Shown here piece after piece: positions 28,675 to 37,343 of a DNA stretch of 64,000 bases. Numbering within the stretch: the stretch's first letter is position 1; each line of letters begins with the position of its first letter. The DNA lies in assembly GCF_029946505.1 (NCBI RefSeq), contig NZ_JARZHG010000009.1:42927-106926 (forward strand), given 5' to 3'. The notes beneath the pieces were generated by a model. That model was not told the origin of the DNA and searched no databases. It worked only from the letters and a program-made list of their open reading frames with translations. Position numbers and translations under genes: made by a program. Source of the stretch: Polyangium sp. y55x31 (GTDB taxonomy: Bacteria; Myxococcota_A; Polyangia; Polyangiales; Polyangiaceae).

Positions 28675-30514
28675 GGCGCTTCGGGATCATCGGGTGACGG
28701 ACGCGTTTCGTGACAACGTCGATCGCGGAAGCGTCTCCGAGGTACCATCCCTCTCCCTCGCGATGACCTCGAAGGCCCCTCCCGCCGCGGACGCCGTCCC
28801 TGTCCCCGATCTCCTCTGTGAAGAGGCCGAAGTCCGCGTCGATCTCGACGAGCTGCACCAGACCTTCGCCTTCGCCTTCGCGCTCGGCACCTCCCCGGAC
28901 GCCTTCGAGCGTGTCCTCGCCGTGGCCGCGCTCCCGTCCTCGACGTGGGATCGCAAGGACTTCGAGCGGGACATCTTCCTCGAAGACCTCCTCACGCGCG
29001 CGCTGCGCATCCGCATCGGCGGGCGCGCCGTCACGCCTTGCTTGCCCTATCTCCTCCGCGCCATCTCCGAGCCGCCGACCGACCTCCGCGTCGTCGCCTT
29101 CCGCCAGCGCATCCTCGCCGAGCTCTCGGAAAAGCCCGAGCTTCGCCGCGACTTCGAGCGCGTCTACCAGCGCCTCGTCACCTTGCGCGCGGCCTTCTGC
29201 TCCGAGGGCGGGTCGCGACGCGGCGGCGATACGCATCGACGCCTCGAAATCCTCCGGTCCGTGCAGGAGGTCGTCGAGGACCTCGCCGGCGCCTTCGACG
29301 GCGCGAGCTCCGGCGTCGCGCGGATCCGCGCGTTTGGCCTCGCCGTGAAGGAGAGCGAGGCGTACAAGCGCCTCGAGGCCCTCCTCGATCACGAGCGGCA
29401 CCTCGGCACCGTCGACCTTCGGGTCCGCGTCGGCGTCGACGGCACCTTGCGCACCTTCCAGATCGTCCGCATCCGCGAAAACCAGGAGAACCCCCTCCAC
29501 ACCTCCGCGATCGCTCGCTTCTTCTCGCGGCTCCGCCTCTTCTTGCGCGGATATCGCGTCACGCCCGGCGAGGTCACCGAGCGCCTGCTCGACGACGTCT
29601 TCAGCGGCCTCGAGCGATCCGTCTCGCTCTTCGTCCAGCTCCTCGGCGACATGGAGTTTTACCTCGCCGGCCTCGGGCTCGCGGACCTCGCGCGGGACAA
29701 GGGTTTGCCCGTTTGTCTCGCCGAGCTCGTGCCCCCCGGCGAGGCCGGGCTCGCGATCGATCGCCTCTACAATCCGCTCCTCCTCGCCGGCAAAGGAAAA
29801 CCCGTCCCCTCGAACCTCGCGACGGCCCACGGGGATGCCGTCGTCATCGTCACGGGGCCGAACTCGGGCGGCAAGACGCGCCTGCTCCAGTCGATCGGCC
29901 TCGCGCAGCTCCTCGGCCAGGCGGGGCTCTTCGTCACGGCCGAGCGCGCGGTCTTGCCGCAGCTCGGTGGCATGTTCGTCTCGCTCATCGAGGAGGCGCG
30001 CAGCGATCAGCCGGAGGGACAACTCGGCATGGAGCTGCTCCGGATCCGCAGGCTCTTCGAGGAGCTCGGGTTCGGCTCGCTCGTGCTGCTCGACGAGCTC
30101 TGCTCCGGGACGAACCCCTCCGAGGGCGAAGAGATCGCGCGGCTCGTGATCTCGCTCCTGCCGGAGCTGAAATCGCCGGTCTTCTTGACCACGCACCTCC
30201 TCACGCTGGCGACGCACCTCGAAGAGGAGCCGCCTGTCCCGCACCTCGAATTTTTGCAAGTCGATCTCGACGAAAACGAGCGCCCCACGTACGGGTTCCG
30301 GCCGGGGGTCGCCAAGACTTCGCTCGCGCACAAGACGGCCGCGCGGCTCGGCGTCACGCGGGACGAGCTCGCGGAGCTCATCGCCAAGAAGAAGCGCGCC
30401 GAGAGCCTGGGGGAGCGGCCGTTGCCGCAGGGCCGCCGCATCGCCCGCCCGATCGCTCCAGAAAAGAGCGCCGCCGTTTCAGAACGGCGCAGGCTCCGCG
30501 CGACGCGGCGCTGA
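28664..30514 (+). CDS. MutS domain-V-only ATPase (MutS2-like ABC-type ATPase with novel N-terminal region and no Smr domain recognised)
   Basis: Walker A VTGPNSGGKTRLLQSIGL. MutS-type Walker B LLDELCSGTNPSEGE. Then FLTTHLL (the TH motif). About 330 aa of unrecognised N-terminus. ATG at 28664 with a GGAGGTGA SD; an alternative ATG is at 28763. Confidence 0.7.
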   Translation: MSVMALRDHRVTDAFRDNVDRGSVSEVPSLSLAMTSKAPPAADAVPVPDLLCEEAEVRVDLDELHQTFAFAFALGTSPDAFERVLAVAALPSSTWDRKDFERDIFLEDLLTRALRIRIGGRAVTPCLPYLLRAISEPPTDLRVVAFRQRILAELSEKPELRRDFERVYQRLVTLRAAFCSEGGSRRGGDTHRRLEILRSVQEVVEDLAGAFDGASSGVARIRAFGLAVKESEAYKRLEALLDHERHLGTVDLRVRVGVDGTLRTFQIVRIRENQENPLHTSAIARFFSRLRLFLRGYRVTPGEVTERLLDDVFSGLERSVSLFVQLLGDMEFYLAGLGLADLARDKGLPVCLAELVPPGEAGLAIDRLYNPLLLAGKGKPVPSNLATAHGDAVVIVTGPNSGGKTRLLQSIGLAQLLGQAGLFVTAERAVLPQLGGMFVSLIEEARSDQPEGQLGMELLRIRRLFEELGFGSLVLLDELCSGTNPSEGEEIARLVISLLPELKSPVFLTTHLLTLATHLEEEPPVPHLEFLQVDLDENERPTYGFRPGVAKTSLAHKTAARLGVTRDELAELIAKKKRAESLGERPLPQGRRIARPIAPEKSAAVSERRRLRATRR

Positions 30515-30592
30515 TTGCGGCCCTTTTCGGCTGGCACGATCCGTGTTCCCCTGAGGTGCTGGCTTTGGCCTTCGGGAGGAAGAGCAGGGGAC

Positions 30593-33409
30593 ATGGAACG
30601 AACCAGCCGAAAGATACCCGTCACCGAACGGCAATTCTTGTGGGTCCAGGACGACGACAAGGGCGAGGTCACCTTGCACGTCGGTCCCACGATGGTCTCG
30701 CCGACCGCGGCCGATCGGGTCGTCATCGACGACGGAATGGGCGGTTTCCGCGAGGACACCACGGGCAAACCACAAAGCATGGTGGAGCTCGGGGACAACC
30801 AGTACGCGGTCCTCTTCAACCCGCTCCTGGAGAGCGACAGCGGACCGAACGGCCGCTTCAAGAATGGCCGCAACGAGTCGCGCCCGCTCCGCAATGGCAC
30901 GCGCTCGATGATCCCCGGCCCGTGCAGCTTCTACCTGCGCCCCGGCCAGCGCGCCGACGTGCGCGACGCGCACGAGCTCGCCTCGAATCAATACCTCGTC
31001 GTCAAGGTGTACGGCGAGGTCGACAAGAATGCGCCGTATCATGAGGTGACGTCGCGATCCGCGGCGATCACGCGGGCCACGGCGGAGAACCTCGACGAGC
31101 AGCCGACGACCACGGTCGGCGCCGTGGAGCCCGCGGCGCTCAAGCGCGGGCAGCTCATCGTGATTCGTGGCCTCGACACGCAGTTTTACATCCCGCCGAC
31201 GGGCGTGGACATCGTGCCGGATACCTCGATCGACGACAGCGGCGCGGCCATCAGCGCGGCGATCGCGCGGCAGGTGCTCGCGCAGAGCGGCGAGGAGACG
31301 GCCCTGGCGGAGGAATATGCGGCCGACGACGAGTCGACCGCGTTCCGGGGCCAGGCGCGCAGCAAGGTGCCGAACCAGTTCATCGATCAATCGGCGCGCA
31401 TGCGCGGACGCAAGGGGGCTGCGCCCACCACGCCCGCGCCGCAGGCCGCGCCCGCGCCCGCGGCCCCGGCGCCCGAGGCCAAGATCGGGGCCGCGGCGGT
31501 GCAGGATTTGCTCGCATCGTCGGCGGTTCGTCGCGCGCTCGAAGCCGATGCGCGGCAGGCGCGCCTCATTCGCCGCGCGGTCGTGCTCGGCGAAAAAGAG
31601 TATTGCGTGATCGTCGACGCCGACGGCAAGCGCGAGATCAAGGTCGGCCCCGCGCGTGTCTTCCCGGGTCCGTACGACACGTTCATGACCCTCGGCTCGC
31701 GCAATCGTGTCTACGACGCGTACGAGCTTCTGCCGCAGCGCGCGCTCTGGCTCCGCGTCATTGCGCCGATCAAGCGCGCGGACCTCGCGGCGAAATTGCC
31801 CCGCGGCTTCGAGCTCGCGAAGGAAGAGTATTTCCCCGGCGACGAGCTCCTCCTCACGGGCGTCTCGACCTTTTTCGTCCCCTTCAACGAAATCGAGTGC
31901 CTCTCGCCCGAGACCGGCCAGGCCGTCGTGGGGAACGACCATAGCCGCGTCTTCATCGAGGCGATCGGCATCGACCAGAAGAGCGGCATTTACGTGCGGG
32001 ACCTCGCGACCGGCGAGGTGCGCCTCGTGCGCGGCAAACAATCGTACCTCGTCGATCCACGCAAGGAAGTGCAGGTCACGCGCACGGTGCCCGCGGATGA
32101 TTGGAACTTGTGGATCGCCTCGAACGAGCCGCACAAGGAGACCGAGCGGGCCATCACGACGCCCTGGGCGCTCTCGATCATGGTGCCGAACAACACGGCC
32201 GTGCTCGTGACGAGCGCGAATTCGCGCCGCGTCGTGGAAGGGCCTTGTGTGACGCTGCTCGGCTACGAGGAGTCGCTCACCTCGCTCTCGCTCTCGACGG
32301 GCACGCCGAAGAGTGACGAAGACCCTCTCCGCACGTGCTTTTTGCGCACGGTGGGCAACCGCATCTCCGACAAGATCGCCGTGGAGACGGCCGATTTCGT
32401 CAAGATCTCGGTGCGCGTCTCGTATTCGGTCGAGTTCCTCCCCGACCACAAGGACAAATGGTTCAACCACGAGAACTACATCCAGTTCATCGTGGATCGC
32501 CTCCGCTCGATCGTGCGCGGCAAGTGCCGCACGATGTCGCTCTCCACGCTCTGGCCCGAGCTCCCCGCGGTGTTTCGCGACACGCTGCTCGGCGAGCGCA
32601 AGGACGGCGCGCGGCCCGGGCGGCTCTTCACGGAAAACGGCACGTTGCTCTCGGAGGTCGAGGTGCTCGGCGCGGAGATCGAGGACCGCGAGGTCGCTGC
32701 GCTCATGCAGAAGGTGCAGACCGAGAGCGTCACGCTCGCGATCGGCGATCGAAAAGCGCAGGAGGCCCTCGCGTCGGCGAAGCTCCGCGCCGAGGTCGAA
32801 CGACAAACGCAGGAGCTCCTCGCCGAGGCGCGGGTGCGCGGCGCGAAGCTCGAAGAGCTCTCGCGCAAGCTCGCGCACGAGGCGGCGCTCGCGAAGGCGC
32901 GCGAGGAGGAGGCCGTGAACAAGGAGCGGCAATCGCTCGCGGACGCGCGCGAGGCCGATGCGCAAAAAGCCCGGCTCACGCGGGAGAACGAGGAGAAGGC
33001 GGCGATGCTCGACGGCTTCCGCAAAGACGCGGAGGCGCGGGCCGAGGCGCAACGGATCACGCACGAGGTCGAGCTCGCCTACGTGGCGCGGCTGCGCGAG
33101 CTCGAAATCAAGCTCATCGAGGTGCAATCGAGCGCGACGGTGGCCGAGCGCCAGGCCGTGCAGAAGCAGCTCGTCGAGGCCATGGTCGGGCTCGGCGACA
33201 AGCTGCTCTTGACCGAGGTCGCGGGGAACATGAACCTCGTGAGCCTCTTCAAGGGCAAAGACGTCGGCACGATCCTCTCCGAAGTGCTCGGCGGAACGAA
33301 GGTGATGCCCACGCTCCGCTCGATCATCGATGCGGCGGCGAGCCCCGCGAAAGGCGAGCTCGAGGCGGGCGACGCGGCTCGCGTAGTGCCGGGCGCGCCG
33401 ATCGTGTAA
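30593..33409 (+). CDS. major vault protein (MVP) homolog
   Basis: About 940 aa. The N-terminal two-thirds are repeat-domain-like. SFYLRPGQR corresponds to human MVP SFFLQPGEQ. LSLSTGTPKSDEDPLRTCFLRTVGNRISDKIAVETADFVKISVRVSYSVEF is collinear with human MVP [52 protein letters not shown] (shoulder domain). A long Ala/Glu/Arg-rich C-terminal helix fits the cap-helix. The human sequence was compared from memory. Confidence 0.8.
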   Translation: MERTSRKIPVTERQFLWVQDDDKGEVTLHVGPTMVSPTAADRVVIDDGMGGFREDTTGKPQSMVELGDNQYAVLFNPLLESDSGPNGRFKNGRNESRPLRNGTRSMIPGPCSFYLRPGQRADVRDAHELASNQYLVVKVYGEVDKNAPYHEVTSRSAAITRATAENLDEQPTTTVGAVEPAALKRGQLIVIRGLDTQFYIPPTGVDIVPDTSIDDSGAAISAAIARQVLAQSGEETALAEEYAADDESTAFRGQARSKVPNQFIDQSARMRGRKGAAPTTPAPQAAPAPAAPAPEAKIGAAAVQDLLASSAVRRALEADARQARLIRRAVVLGEKEYCVIVDADGKREIKVGPARVFPGPYDTFMTLGSRNRVYDAYELLPQRALWLRVIAPIKRADLAAKLPRGFELAKEEYFPGDELLLTGVSTFFVPFNEIECLSPETGQAVVGNDHSRVFIEAIGIDQKSGIYVRDLATGEVRLVRGKQSYLVDPRKEVQVTRTVPADDWNLWIASNEPHKETERAITTPWALSIMVPNNTAVLVTSANSRRVVEGPCVTLLGYEESLTSLSLSTGTPKSDEDPLRTCFLRTVGNRISDKIAVETADFVKISVRVSYSVEFLPDHKDKWFNHENYIQFIVDRLRSIVRGKCRTMSLSTLWPELPAVFRDTLLGERKDGARPGRLFTENGTLLSEVEVLGAEIEDREVAALMQKVQTESVTLAIGDRKAQEALASAKLRAEVERQTQELLAEARVRGAKLEELSRKLAHEAALAKAREEEAVNKERQSLADAREADAQKARLTRENEEKAAMLDGFRKDAEARAEAQRITHEVELAYVARLRELEIKLIEVQSSATVAERQAVQKQLVEAMVGLGDKLLLTEVAGNMNLVSLFKGKDVGTILSEVLGGTKVMPTLRSIIDAAASPAKGELEAGDAARVVPGAPIV

Positions 33410-33419
33410 CGTCGGCCTC

Positions 33420-34418
33420 ATGTTGCCGAAGACCGGCCCGCGCAGCCGCGCGCGGGCGTGGATCCTCTCGGGGGCGCTCCTCTTCGCGCCCCCCGCCTTC
33501 GCAGGCGATCCCCCGAAACATCCGGCCCCGAACGATCCGGCGCCAAAAGAGGATGCTCCCAAGGACGAACAACCGTACGTGCACAAAGGGTTTGTCTACC
33601 GGAGCACGACCGCGGTGCGTTACAATCCGCTCGGGCTCTCGACGTTCTTCCGCGTCGGCTACCAGCGCCCGCTGCTCGGTCCGCAGGACAGCATCCTCCT
33701 CCAGCGCACGTACATCGGCATCAACGCGGTCACCACGATCACGCCGGCGTACGTCCGCGGAGGGCTGCGCCTCGACGTGCAGCCGCTCGCCTTTCTGCAA
33801 TTCTTGTTCGCCTACGAGGGAATGGCCCTCTTCGGGACGTACGACACGATTCAATCGTTCAAGAACGTCTCCGAGGATTTCGGCGACGTGCGGCAGGTCG
33901 AGCGCGGAAAGCAGGGGCTCGCCTATCCGACGACCGGCGGCATCTTCACGGCCGACGTGATCTTGCAGGCCAAGGCCGGGCCGTTCCTTCTCGTATCGGA
34001 CACGCAGTTCATCCACACCGATTTCACGATCACGCCCGGCGACCGGTTCTATTTCGATCTCCCGTTCGGCATGCTCGCGAAAGACGACGGCTGGATGGTC
34101 TCGAACGAGACGGATCTGCTGTTCGTGACCTCGTTCGGCCTCATGGCGGGCGCGCGACACGGGGTGTACCACACGTTTTTCCCGGCCGAGGTCGTCGCCG
34201 GGGAGGAGGCGCGGGCCGATCAGATCACGCCGATCGAGTTCGCGGGTCCGCTCGTCGGATGGCAATTCCCCGAGCACAACGGGCCCAAACGTTTCAATGC
34301 GCCCGGCATTTTTCTGAACGTGAGCTGGTGGATCCGGAACCCTTATCGAACGGGCCAGGAGGTCGCCGCCACGGTGCCGTACATCGTGGGTGGATTCACG
34401 TTCAAGGGGACGCTTTGA
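33420..34418 (+). CDS. secreted protein, putative outer-membrane beta-barrel (C-terminal ...FTFKGTL)
   Basis: Starts 11 nt after the MVP stop. Signal peptide ILSGALLFAPPAFAGD. Alternating aromatic/hydrophobic pattern. Confidence 0.55.
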   Translation: MLPKTGPRSRARAWILSGALLFAPPAFAGDPPKHPAPNDPAPKEDAPKDEQPYVHKGFVYRSTTAVRYNPLGLSTFFRVGYQRPLLGPQDSILLQRTYIGINAVTTITPAYVRGGLRLDVQPLAFLQFLFAYEGMALFGTYDTIQSFKNVSEDFGDVRQVERGKQGLAYPTTGGIFTADVILQAKAGPFLLVSDTQFIHTDFTITPGDRFYFDLPFGMLAKDDGWMVSNETDLLFVTSFGLMAGARHGVYHTFFPAEVVAGEEARADQITPIEFAGPLVGWQFPEHNGPKRFNAPGIFLNVSWWIRNPYRTGQEVAATVPYIVGGFTFKGTL

Positions 34419-34530
34419 GCACGAAATTCGCGCGCGTGGTCCGCCCTGGCAATCGTGTATCCTTTGCAGAATCACCGCGCGAATTCGACGCTAGACGCCG
34501 CGAAGAACGCTGGTACGGTTCGTTCTGCGC

Positions 34531-34968
34531 ATGGAAAACGATTCGCCGGAACGCATTGCCGTGGGCCCGCACCTCGTGACCATCCTGCCGCCCAACATGC
34601 TCCTGGTCGATTTCGGCTCTCCGCTCGATGGGAACCAGGCAGGCCGCATCCTCGACTTGATGTGGCAAACGGGGTCCCGTCGAGGCCCGCTCAAGGTCCT
34701 GATGGACATCACCCAGGTGACGAACGTGCCCCGGGGCGTGCGGGAGACCATCCGCAGCCGCAACACCGAAAGCACGACCGCGGCCCTGGCCTTCGTCGGC
34801 GCGCGGTTCGGCGTGCGCGTCGCCATCGACATGATCATCGCCGCCGTGCGAATCCTCCGGCCCGACGTGCCCGCGTATCCCCACGGCTTTTTCAGCCGCA
34901 AGGAGGAAGCGCTCACCTGGCTCCGCGCCGCCCCCTCCGCCCCGCGCCGATCGAGCGGGTCCTTTTGA
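34531..34968 (+). CDS. STAS/SpoIIAA-like domain protein (paralog 1)
   Basis: 145 aa. C-terminal FFSRKEEALTWL is shared with the next gene. Family assignment is tentative. Confidence 0.45.
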   Translation: MENDSPERIAVGPHLVTILPPNMLLVDFGSPLDGNQAGRILDLMWQTGSRRGPLKVLMDITQVTNVPRGVRETIRSRNTESTTAALAFVGARFGVRVAIDMIIAAVRILRPDVPAYPHGFFSRKEEALTWLRAAPSAPRRSSGSF

Positions 34969-34969
34969 A

Positions 34970-35078
34970 CACAAACCGTACGGAAGGCGCCCCTCACGCA
35001 TTCTTCGATCGCAAGGAGGAAGCGCTCGCCTGGATGCAATCGCAGCCACGCGTCGCTTTCTCGAACCACGCCGCTTGA
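34970..35078 (+). pseudogene. duplicated C-terminal fragment of the STAS-like paralog family (gene remnant)
   Basis: A different frame encodes ...PHAFFDRKEEALAWMQSQP. This mirrors the C-termini of both flanking genes (PHGFFSRKEEALTWL and CEFFDDQATALAWL). A ~45-nt near-duplicate sits 120 nt after the original. Confidence 0.4.
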
Positions 35079-35554
35079 AGGATCGAGGCGACGCGCGATA
35101 CAAGCATGTTTCCATGTCGCCCGCCTCCCCGCCCACGGTCCTCCGATTCGGTGACCATTGCGTCAAATTCGTGGCGCCCGACGTGGTCATCGTGGCGTTC
35201 ACCTCGAACATCCACACCGACGAGGTCCTCGCCATCACCGATACGTTCCGGGCCGTGAAGGAGCGGGAAGGACGGCTCTTCGCGGTGACGGACCTGTCGG
35301 CCGTGACAGCGGTGCCGCGGCGCGTGCGAATGGCGGGGCCCCGCATGGTGCCGGCGTACGACGCCCTCGCCTTCGTGGGCGCCAATTTCGCTCTGCGCGT
35401 GGTCACCGAAATGGTCATGCGCGCGACGAGAGTGCTCGCGCCGAACCTATCGTTTCCTTGTGAGTTCTTCGACGACCAAGCGACCGCGCTCGCCTGGCTG
35501 CACACCCAGCGGCGCGCCCTCGAGGCCACACACGCGGCCGCGCATCCACGCTGA
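35075..35554 (+). CDS. STAS/SpoIIAA-like domain protein (paralog 2)
   Basis: 159 aa, collinear with 34531..34968. The start may instead be the internal MSPASPP at 35114. Confidence 0.45.
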   Translation: MKDRGDARYKHVSMSPASPPTVLRFGDHCVKFVAPDVVIVAFTSNIHTDEVLAITDTFRAVKEREGRLFAVTDLSAVTAVPRRVRMAGPRMVPAYDALAFVGANFALRVVTEMVMRATRVLAPNLSFPCEFFDDQATALAWLHTQRRALEATHAAAHPR

Positions 35555-35566
35555 ACGAATGGCCTT

Positions 35567-36190
35567 TCAGGGCGCCGGCGCGCTCACGCGGTCCTCGATC
35601 GCCTTCAGCACGAACAGCGAGCGCCGCAAGACCTCGAGCGCCACCTCGTACCGAATCGGCTGCGGCTGCTCCATCGCCGCCTGGTAGCTCGATGCGAGCT
35701 CGGCCGTGCGATCGTCGAGGTCGCTCGTCGCGCCGCCGTACGGGCCCTCCGCGAGCGCGAGGAGCGTCTCCACGCCGACGGAGAGCCCGTGCACGAATTC
35801 CCTGCGCGAAGGCGGCGAGCCCGGCAGCCACGGACCTCGCATCGACGCGGCCGCCGCGTACATCTCCTCGGCCGCGACGCTCGCGCCCACCCGCTCGCTC
35901 TCGGGCACTTCTTCCAAGGTGAGCGCGAAGAGCCGGAGCAAGAGCTCCATGTCCCCATCGCCCGGCGGCATCGAGCCGACGAGCGTGCGACGCAGGTTGA
36001 TGCTGAAGTCCCTGAGGCGCTGGGCGAAGCGCTCGGGGGCGACGTAAATATCGGGGGGCCGGGACAACTTCAGCATACCCTGCTGGAACTGACGGACGAT
36101 GGACAGGTCCACGGGCGGCACGTTCTCCCGCACCACGACCACGCACCCGCCGAGCAGGAGCAATCCCCCGCAAAGCGCCCCACGCATCAT
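35567..36190 (-). CDS. lipoprotein, hypothetical
   Basis: ATGATG at 36190. Signal peptide with lipobox LLLGGC. The upstream part of the 398-aa ORF is an R/G-rich artefact. Confidence 0.5.
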   Translation of the reverse strand: MMRGALCGGLLLLGGCVVVVRENVPPVDLSIVRQFQQGMLKLSRPPDIYVAPERFAQRLRDFSINLRRTLVGSMPPGDGDMELLLRLFALTLEEVPESERVGASVAAEEMYAAAASMRGPWLPGSPPSRREFVHGLSVGVETLLALAEGPYGGATSDLDDRTAELASSYQAAMEQPQPIRYEVALEVLRRSLFVLKAIEDRVSAPAP

Positions 36191-36265
36191 GGCTCTCCCC
36201 CGCCGTCCGGGGCTGCAAACCGCGCGCCGGTGACGCCGCGCCGCCGTTCTGTTAAGCCGGAACGC

Positions 36266-36658
36266 ATGACCCACAAGCTGACGTCGCTCGCCCTCGCCGC
36301 GCTCGCCCTCGGCCTCGCGCCGTTCGCCCTCGGCTGCGAGGACGGCGCGCCTTCGCCCTCGCCCGCGGCCTCGGCCGAGCCGGTCACGGCCCCAAAGGCC
36401 ATGGACGTCGTGCCCGCGAGCCCGCCCAAGGTCGACCTCGGCCCGCTGCCCGTGCCGGCCATGTCCGCCGCCGACCTGCCCCCCGATCCCGCCGCGTCGG
36501 CGGCCTCGAAGCCCACGGGCACGACCACGGCCGCGGCCCAGGCCCCCGCGACGACCCCGACCGGCGCGACGAAGGACCCCACGGCGCCCGCGGATCTGCG
36601 CGCCGCGCCTCGAAAATCCCCCGGCCCGATGGCCCCGCGCACCGCGCCCACCGAGTGA
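36266..36658 (+). CDS. Pro/Ala-rich lipoprotein, hypothetical
   Basis: ATG at 36266. MTHKLTSLALAALALGLAPFALGCEDG is a lipobox signal. The remainder is low-complexity. Confidence 0.4.
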   Translation: MTHKLTSLALAALALGLAPFALGCEDGAPSPSPAASAEPVTAPKAMDVVPASPPKVDLGPLPVPAMSAADLPPDPAASAASKPTGTTTAAAQAPATTPTGATKDPTAPADLRAAPRKSPGPMAPRTAPTE

Positions 36659-36752
36659 CCCCGACACACGGCCCCGAGCAGGGCCGTGACGATGGGGGGA
36701 TCCCTTCGACGTGAACCTGTGGCAAACTCGTTCACGGTTCGAGGGAAGCTTC

Positions 36753-37337
36753 ATGAACGACACCGCGCGCCGCGAGCAGATCCTCCAGGCCGCCGATCGC
36801 TTGCTCCGGCATTACGGGCCGCAAAAGACCACGGTGGCGGACGTGGCGCGGGAAGCAGGCGTCGGCGTGGGTACGGTGTACCTCGAATTCCCGTCGAAGG
36901 AGGCGATCGTCGAGGAGCTGTCGCGCTCGCGCTACGAGGTCGTGCTCGAGGCGATGCGGGCGGCGGCGGCGGCGGACGGGCGCTCGTTCGGCGAGCGGCT
37001 CGTGGGCGCGCTCGACGCGCGGCTGCGAGCGTACTTCACGCAGGCAGACGGCGGCGCGCACGCGTGCGACTTCTTCCATTGCGGGAGCGCCGCGGTGAAG
37101 AGCGCGTCCGAGCGGTTTTACCAGGAAGAACGGGCGTTGCTCGCGGACCTGCTCCGGCAAGGGACGGAGGCCGGCGAGCTCGACGTGGCCGACGCGGATC
37201 TCGCAGCGCGGGTCTTGCTCCGGGCTTACAAGAGCTTCACGCCGCCGTGGATCTTCATGGAAGAGCGGGGCGAGGTGGGACGATTGCATGCGGCGATGCA
37301 TGCGATGATGCTCGGAGGCGTGGTGGCGCGGCGATGA
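36753..37337 (+). CDS. TetR/AcrR-family transcriptional regulator
   Basis: N-terminal HTH TVADVAREAGVGVGTVYLEFPSKEAIV. About 195 aa, all-helical. Confidence 0.8.
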   Translation: MNDTARREQILQAADRLLRHYGPQKTTVADVAREAGVGVGTVYLEFPSKEAIVEELSRSRYEVVLEAMRAAAAADGRSFGERLVGALDARLRAYFTQADGGAHACDFFHCGSAAVKSASERFYQEERALLADLLRQGTEAGELDVADADLAARVLLRAYKSFTPPWIFMEERGEVGRLHAAMHAMMLGGVVARR

Positions 37338-37343
37338 ACGCAC

